Shown here: piece after piece, positions 1-5,043 of the stretch
Layout of the letters: every line of letters starts with the position of its first letter
Position numbering within the stretch: the first letter of the stretch is position 1
NCBI GenBank assembly: GCA_036149055.1
Contig: JAYZQJ010000203.1
Location: 1-14,611, forward strand
DNA length: 14,611 nucleotides
Origin: Myxococcota bacterium
Lineage (GTDB): Bacteria; Myxococcota_A; Polyangia; Polyangiales; Sandaracinaceae
Reading direction: 5' to 3'
The notes under the pieces: generated by a model
What the model saw: only the letters and a program-made list of their open reading frames with translations
Databases searched by the model: none
What the model was told of the DNA's origin: nothing
Made by a program: the position numbers and the translations under genes

Positions 1-6
1 GCGTGC

Positions 7-162
7 GGCGACTTCGCTTCGCTCGTCGCCTTCCGTGTTCTCTTGGCGGGGGGCGACCTCGCTTTGCAAGTCGCCTTCCGTGACCGTTGGCCGTTGGCCG
101 GTCGGCGACCTCGCTTCGCTGGTCGCCCCGTCCGTGTCCGCGCTGGCGACTTCGCTTATGCT
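7..162. repeat. Array of 3 complete plus 1 degenerate 24-bp palindromic (REP-like) units, GGCGAC-N12-GTCGCC, usually followed by TCCGTG
   Basis: Units: 7-30 ggcgacttcgcttcgctcgtcgcc, 52-75 ggcgacctcgctttgcaagtcgcc, 104-127 ggcgacctcgcttcgctggtcgcc, and partial 145-162 ggcgacttcgcttatgct. Tails: ttccgtg (31-37, 76-82) and ccgtccgtg (128-136). Periods are 45, 52 and 41 bp. The array may extend left of the window. Confidence 0.8.
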
Positions 163-214
163 TCGCGCGCTGCGCGTCTTGGCGGAGGCGCGGCTCGTGG
201 TGAATGGAGAGACG

Positions 215-2440
215 ATGATTCGTTGGCTGTCGGCGCTCTGCGCTTGCTCGATTCTTTCGGCGGGGGGCGCGCTCGCGCAGACGGGGCCGCGGGCGCCGGG
301 CGCGGTGCGGGCGCCGGGCGCGGTTGGGCCGGGGGCGGCTCCGGTGTCGCGGGTGATCACGGATGGGCAGGGGCGGGTGACCCGGGCTTGGGGGCTGGCA
401 GCGCGCACCTCGGGGGTCGACGCGGTGGCGCGGGCGCGGGGGTTCCTCGCGGGGTTCGGGCCGCTGGCGCTGCCGGAGGGGGCGACCCTGGAGGCGGTGT
501 CGGTGCAGGAGGCGCACGGGTTCACGGTCGTGCGCTTCGCGCGGCTGGCGCACGGGGGGCCGGTGCTGGGCGGCTCGGTCGTGGTGCGCATGCGGGACGG
601 CGCGCATGGCTGGGTGGTCGACTACGTCTCTGCGCACCGGGTGGGGGCGCCGGAGGCGGGCGCGCGCAGCCTCGGGGGGGCGGCGGCCGAGCGGACAGCG
701 GAGCGGGCAGCGCTGGCGGCGAGCGGGCTCGATGGGGTGGTGTCGCGCACCGCGGCGGCGCTCGAGATCGACGGGCGGCTGGCGCCGGTCTGGCGGGTCG
801 ACGTCGCCGGGGCGCACCTGCATCAGCGGGAGCGCGTGATCGTCGCGGACGACGGCGAGGTGCTCGCGCGTCACCCGCTGACCCTGGACGCGCTCGGGCG
901 GGTGTTCCCGCGGGACCCGACGAGCGACATGGACGTGACCCAGGACGTGGAGCTGCTCGCGCTGACGAGCCGGGAGCGGCTGACCGGGCGCTACTTCCGG
1001 GTGGAGAGCTGCAACGCGGGGGACCGCGGCTGCGAGCCGATCCAGCGGGCCGAGGCCGACGCGGAGGGGAACTTCCTCTACGACCCCGAGGAGCCCGCCT
1101 ACGACGACGCGTTCGCCGAGGTGCACACCTACCACCACGCGAACCTCGCGGCGGCGTACTTCCAGGAGCGGCACGACTTCTCCTGGACCTGCGGCGGGAG
1201 CACGCTGATGCGCGTCCTCGTCAACTACACCGAGGGGCCCGACGTGCCCTACGACAACGCCGCCTACTCGCCGACGAGCGGGGACGACTGCGGGTTCATG
1301 CTGTTCGGGCAGGGCGCGTCGACCGACTTCTCGTACGACGCCGACGTCGTCTACCACGAGCTCACCCACGGCATCGTCGACGGGATCGCGGGCCTCGGGT
1401 TCTTCCTCGTCGACGCGCTCGGGCTCTCCTACGACCCGGGCGCGGTCAACGAGGGCACCGCCGACTACTTCGCCGCGACGATCAGCGGCGACCCGCTGAT
1501 GGCCGAGTACTTCATGGGGCGCGCGGGGAGCGGGGAGGGCGCGCTGCGGCGCCTCGACAACGATCTGGTCTGCCCCGACGACCTGGTCGGGGAGTCCCAC
1601 TTCGACGGTCGCATCTGGGCCGGCTTCGGCTGGGAGGTGCGAGAGCAGATCGGGGCCGAGAAGACCGACGCGCTGATCTTCACCACCGTCGCCTCGCTCG
1701 ACATGGTCCCGTCGCTCGCCGAGCTGGCCGAGGTGACCATGGCCACCGCCGACGCGATGGAGGCGGCGGGCACCCTCACCGCCGAGGACCGCGCGATCGT
1801 GCAGCGCTCGCTCGAGGGGCGCGGGCTGGTGGGCTGCGAGCGGGTCGTGCCGCTCGACTCGGGCGAGGCGCGCCTCGCCTACTCCGGCAACGGCGCGCTG
1901 ACCGCCACCGCCGGCGGCTCGATCGCGCCCATCCACTACCGCATCGACGTGCCCGCCGACGCGACCCGGCTGACGCTCACGCTCGCCGCGGCCACCGCTG
2001 GCAACCCCGACTTCCTGCTCTACACCCGGACCGGCGCCCCGGTGCGCTTCGTCGCCAGCCGCCGCCCGCCGGTGATCGCGATGGCGGAGCTCGACCCCGA
2101 CGCCCGCGGCCGGGTGGTCCTGACCCGCGAGACCGAGACGCCGCTGCCGCGCTGCGAGACGCTCTACGTGGCGGTGGCCATCGAGAACCTCCGCACCCTC
2201 AACGCCGCGCTCTACACCGTGCAGGCGGAGCTCGAGACCACCGGCGTGGCGGAGAGCTGCGAGGAGCCGGTCGAGGACGCCGGGCTGCCCCCGACCGACG
2301 CGGGCGTGAGCGCGGACGGCGGGGCGGTGGAGCCGGGCGGCGGCTGCGGCTGTCGGGCGGCCGGCTCCGGATCGGCGCCCCTCGCCGCCCTCGCGCTGCT
2401 CGGGCTCGGCTTGGCGATCCGCCGGAGGCGCCCTAGGTGA
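215..2440 (+). CDS. Secreted zinc metallopeptidase (thermolysin M4 / fungalysin M36-like) with propeptide, C-terminal beta-domain and MYXO-CTERM sorting signal
   Basis: ATG at 215 follows GGAGA (206-210) and opens a signal peptide (MIRWLSALCACSILSAGGALA). FTP/PepSY-like propeptide (VVRFARLAHGGPVLGG...PVWRVDV). HELTH zinc motif at 1355-1369, third-ligand motif NEGTAD starting at 1448, and ESHFDGRIW. PPC-like segment YRIDVPADATRLTLTL. The protein ends GGGCGCRAAG, a hydrophobic helix and RRRRPR. The ORF-track start at 35 runs through the repeat array and is unlikely. Confidence 0.85.
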   Translation: MIRWLSALCACSILSAGGALAQTGPRAPGAVRAPGAVGPGAAPVSRVITDGQGRVTRAWGLAARTSGVDAVARARGFLAGFGPLALPEGATLEAVSVQEAHGFTVVRFARLAHGGPVLGGSVVVRMRDGAHGWVVDYVSAHRVGAPEAGARSLGGAAAERTAERAALAASGLDGVVSRTAAALEIDGRLAPVWRVDVAGAHLHQRERVIVADDGEVLARHPLTLDALGRVFPRDPTSDMDVTQDVELLALTSRERLTGRYFRVESCNAGDRGCEPIQRAEADAEGNFLYDPEEPAYDDAFAEVHTYHHANLAAAYFQERHDFSWTCGGSTLMRVLVNYTEGPDVPYDNAAYSPTSGDDCGFMLFGQGASTDFSYDADVVYHELTHGIVDGIAGLGFFLVDALGLSYDPGAVNEGTADYFAATISGDPLMAEYFMGRAGSGEGALRRLDNDLVCPDDLVGESHFDGRIWAGFGWEVREQIGAEKTDALIFTTVASLDMVPSLAELAEVTMATADAMEAAGTLTAEDRAIVQRSLEGRGLVGCERVVPLDSGEARLAYSGNGALTATAGGSIAPIHYRIDVPADATRLTLTLAAATAGNPDFLLYTRTGAPVRFVASRRPPVIAMAELDPDARGRVVLTRETETPLPRCETLYVAVAIENLRTLNAALYTVQAELETTGVAESCEEPVEDAGLPPTDAGVSADGGAVEPGGGCGCRAAGSGSAPLAALALLGLGLAIRRRRPR
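289..324 (+). repeat. Perfect 18-bp tandem duplication encoding RAPGAV x2 just after the signal peptide
   Basis: gcgggcgccgggcgcggt at 289-306 and 307-324. Confidence 0.85.
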
Positions 2441-2448
2441 CTCCGGTG

Positions 2449-2712
2449 ATGCCCAAGGTCGAGATCTACACCACCCGCTGGTGTCCCTACTGCCACGCCG
2501 CCAAGGCCCTGCTCGACGCGAAGGGCGTCTCCTACGAGGAGATCGCGGTCGACGGAGATCAGGCGAAGCGCGAGTGGCTCCGGGAGGCGTCCGGCCAGCG
2601 GACGGTCCCCCAGGTGTTCATCGACGGAAAGCCGTACGGCGGCTTCTCGGATCTGGCGGCGCTCGACCGGCAGGGCCGGCTGGAGCCCCTACTCGCCGGC
2701 GACGCGGCGTAG
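2449..2712 (+). CDS. grxC: Glutaredoxin 3
   Basis: MPKVEIYTTRWCPYC dithiol active site, TVPQVFIDG and GGFSDL motifs, 87 aa. ATG lies 8 bp after the peptidase stop. Confidence 0.92.
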   Translation: MPKVEIYTTRWCPYCHAAKALLDAKGVSYEEIAVDGDQAKREWLREASGQRTVPQVFIDGKPYGGFSDLAALDRQGRLEPLLAGDAA

Positions 2713-3051
2713 CTGCAGATCGACCCGGCGCTGCGGGCTGTCGAAGAAGACGGTCTCCTCCTTCGGGCGGAAGCCGTCGGCCTCGGCGCGCACCTGCCCG
2801 AACTCGTGATCCGTCAGGACGCGCATCCGGTAGCGCCCGGAGTCGTCGGTCGTGGTCTCGCTGACGATCCGGGTGTCGGAGCGGAAGACCACCCGCGCGT
2901 CGGCGATGCCGTCGCCGTCTTCGCCGCTCTCGAGCAGGGCGGTGACCCGCCCGGAGAGCTCGAACGCGTCCGTGGGGGCGGCTCCGTCGCAGCTCGTGAG
3001 CAGCGCGGCCAGGAGCACGGTCGGAACGAGGACGAGGGCGCGGTGTCCCAT
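2689..3051 (-). CDS. Lipoprotein with carboxypeptidase-regulatory-like (beta-sandwich) domain
   Basis: Signal peptide with lipobox LLTS-C. Pattern LSGRVT...GIADARVVF...TTTDDSGRYRM...VRAEADGF is typical of CarboxypepD_reg-like domains. The 3' end overlaps grxC convergently by 24 bp. Confidence 0.7.
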   Translation of the reverse strand: MGHRALVLVPTVLLAALLTSCDGAAPTDAFELSGRVTALLESGEDGDGIADARVVFRSDTRIVSETTTDDSGRYRMRVLTDHEFGQVRAEADGFRPKEETVFFDSPQRRVDLQLRRVAGE

Positions 3052-3059
3052 GCGGCGGG

Positions 3060-3065
3060 AGGATA
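3060..3065 (-). promoter_or_regulatory. Candidate extended -10 box (TGg-TATCCT) 8 nt before the lipoprotein ATG; likely leaderless or very short leader
   Basis: Minus strand reads atggTATCCTcccgccgcATG, with no Shine-Dalgarno sequence. Confidence 0.45.
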
Positions 3066-3118
3066 CCATGAGCCGTCCCTTGCCGGTCGCCTCGGCGGCG
3101 CCCTACGCTCCGCCGCCC

Positions 3119-3859
3119 ATGAGCGCGGAGCCCCCCTCGTCCCTGACCCGCCACGCGCTGATCCCCGCGTCGATCGCGGTCTGCTTCACGCTCGTCTACG
3201 GGGTCGAGGCGCCGCCCTGGTCGGTGCTGGCGGTCGGCGCCCCGGTGGTGCTCCTCTACCTCCTCGCCCCCGGGATCGGGCGCGCCTCGATGGCCCGCTT
3301 CGATCGCGACGTGGTGCGGCTGCTCTCGACCGGCCAGCGCCGCCGCCTGCCGGGCCGCTACGCGCGCGCCCTCGGGATGCGGCTCTTCGCGCCGCCGGCG
3401 AAGGTCGCGGAGCGCCGCGGCCTGGTCCACGCGGAGACCGACGCGCCCGGGCCCGCCCGCGCGGCCTATCGGGAGGCGCTCGACGCCTACCCCGAGGACG
3501 CGGCGCCGGTGGGGGTGCTGCTCGGGCTCGCCCACGCCGCCTACGCGCTCGGCGACGACCCCGACGCGATCGCCCGCTACCGGGCGGTCTGGCGCCGCTC
3601 GAAGACCTTCCCGCGCGTGGCCCGCAACCTGGCGCACGCCCTCGCGCGGCGCGGCGAGGAGCTGAAGGAGGCGGAGGAGCTCGCCGAGCGCGCGCTCGCC
3701 GACGCCCCCGAGCCGCCGCCCCCCGATCTCCTCCTGGTGCGCGCGCTCGTGCACGCCCGCCGCGGCCAGCGCGGGCCGGCTCGCAAGCTCCTGAAGCGGA
3801 CGGACGGAGGAGACCCCGACCTCCGCGAAGAGGTCGAGGTCGCGCTCGAGGAGCCGTGA
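3119..3859 (+). CDS. Membrane-anchored protein with two N-terminal TM helices and C-terminal TPR-like helical repeats (alternative start 3068)
   Basis: Hydrophobic segments ALIPASIAVCFTLVYGV and WSVLAVGAPVVLLYLLA. TPR-like patterns ARAAYREAL, LLGLAHAAYALGDDPDAIARYRAV and ARNLAHALARRGEELKEAEELAERAL. ATG 3119 has TACGCT 9 nt upstream; ATG 3068 has GGAGG upstream. Confidence 0.7.
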   Translation: MSAEPPSSLTRHALIPASIAVCFTLVYGVEAPPWSVLAVGAPVVLLYLLAPGIGRASMARFDRDVVRLLSTGQRRRLPGRYARALGMRLFAPPAKVAERRGLVHAETDAPGPARAAYREALDAYPEDAAPVGVLLGLAHAAYALGDDPDAIARYRAVWRRSKTFPRVARNLAHALARRGEELKEAEELAERALADAPEPPPPDLLLVRALVHARRGQRGPARKLLKRTDGGDPDLREEVEVALEEP

Positions 3860-3862
3860 GCC

Positions 3863-4453
3863 TCAGCCGCCCGAGCGCTTGAGCTCGGTGAGGACGAGCT
3901 TGGCGATCGCCTTGAGGGTCTCGAAGACGCCCTGGCCGGTCACCGCGACGGCGTCGAAGTCGGGCACGCCGTTCGGGTTGAGCATGGCGCGGAGCTCCTC
4001 GGTCGGCGCGATGGCCGGCATGTCCCGCTTGTTGTACTGGATGACGTACGGGAGCTTGTCGAGGCTGTAGCCCTGCTCGGCGAGGTTGGAGCGCAGGTTG
4101 TCCAGCGACTCCTGGTTCGCCTCCATCCGGGCGATCTGCGAGTCGGCGACGAAGACCACGCCGTCGACGCCCTTGAGGATGAGCTTCCGGCTGGCGTCGT
4201 AGAACACCTGGCCCGGCACCGTGTAGAGGTGGAAGCGCGTCTTGAAGCCGCGGATCTCACCGAGGGCGAGCGGGAGGAAGTCGAAGAAGAGCGTCCGCTC
4301 GGTCTCCGTGGCGAGGGAGATCATCTTGCCCTTCGCCTCGGGGTTGGTCTTGTTGTAGATGAACTGAAGGTTCGTCGTCTTCCCGCACAGGCCGGGCCCG
4401 TAGTAGACGATCTTGCAGTTGATCTCGCGCGAGAGGTAGTTGATGAACGACAT
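3863..4453 (-). CDS. mglA: Ras-like small GTPase MglA (motility/polarity)
   Basis: [29 protein letters not shown] (P-loop), [11 protein letters not shown] (intrinsic Arg finger), TVPGQ (catalytic Gln) and NKRD, 196 aa; directly downstream of mglB. Confidence 0.98.
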   Translation of the reverse strand: MSFINYLSREINCKIVYYGPGLCGKTTNLQFIYNKTNPEAKGKMISLATETERTLFFDFLPLALGEIRGFKTRFHLYTVPGQVFYDASRKLILKGVDGVVFVADSQIARMEANQESLDNLRSNLAEQGYSLDKLPYVIQYNKRDMPAIAPTEELRAMLNPNGVPDFDAVAVTGQGVFETLKAIAKLVLTELKRSGG

Positions 4454-4461
4454 CGGCTAGC

Positions 4462-4944
4462 TCAATCGTTGAACAGGTTGTCGATGTCTTCGTCGGTGAT
4501 CTCGGCGAAGGGTGTCTCGCGCGCGGGGTCTTGCACCTTCTGGAGCAAGGCCTCGAAGATCCCGTTCAGCTCCTCCGACGACTTCTTCACGCGCAGTCGG
4601 ACGAGGCCGAGGCTGGTCTTGTTGTCGAAGATGACCACGAGGATCACCCGGTTGCCGACCAGCTGGATGTGGATGTTGGACTGCTCACCTTCGTGGAACT
4701 GAGTGGTGAACTCGTTCTCCCGGAGCAGCTTCGCCATCCCGCCGGTGGCGGCGATGTTGCCCGCCGTCAGCGACGCGAGCGAGGTGGTGTCGAGCTGCTC
4801 GGTCTCACCGCTCGCGGCGATGAGCTGTCCGTTCTTGTCGATGATGAAGACGACCCTGGCGTTCGCTTCCTTCACCAGGCGATCGACGATCGCCTGGATC
4901 TGGTTGAACTCCTCCTCGTACATCACCATCTGCGGGTTCGTCAT
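4462..4944 (-). CDS. mglB: Roadblock/LC7-domain GTPase-activating protein MglB
   Basis: QMVMYEEEF...DKNGQLI...DTTSLASLTAGNIAA...SLGLVRLRVKK...PFAEITDEDIDNLF matches the myxobacterial MglB signature, including the C-terminal helix. GGAGG lies upstream of ATG 4944; the gap to mglA is 8 bp. Confidence 0.97.
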   Translation of the reverse strand: MTNPQMVMYEEEFNQIQAIVDRLVKEANARVVFIIDKNGQLIAASGETEQLDTTSLASLTAGNIAATGGMAKLLRENEFTTQFHEGEQSNIHIQLVGNRVILVVIFDNKTSLGLVRLRVKKSSEELNGIFEALLQKVQDPARETPFAEITDEDIDNLFND

Positions 4945-4962
4945 CAGGCTCCTCCGCACGTC

Positions 4963-5009
4963 ACCGCCCCGGGGGGCGGTCGGCTGGACCCGTTGGTATC
5001 AGAGGGTCC
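4963..5009. promoter_or_regulatory. Two adjacent GC-rich inverted repeats between the ATPase stop and the mglB RBS
   Basis: accgccc-cggg-gggcggt (4963-4980) and ggaccc-N12-gggtcc (4986-5009). No U-tract follows either. Confidence 0.4.
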
Positions 5010-5043
5010 GGCTCACGTAAAGGCTCGACTTTTCTCTCGCCGT

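Noticed and set aside
7..162. CRISPR array interpretation of the palindromic repeats
   Set aside because: Repeats vary internally, spacing is irregular (41-52 bp), the unique segments are only 8-21 nt, and no cas genes are in the window
43..2436. 797-aa alternate-frame ORF over the peptidase
   Set aside because: Arg/Gly/Ala-rich shadow frame; the overlapping frame carries all the peptidase motifs
2435..2451. TAGGTG 8 nt before grxC ATG as another leaderless promoter
   Set aside because: Lacks the conserved final T of TANNNT and overlaps the peptidase coding end; co-transcription is the simpler explanation
5030..5040. ttttctctcgc identical to 14560-14570
   Set aside because: An 11-bp match without the octamer continuation; chance cannot be excluded
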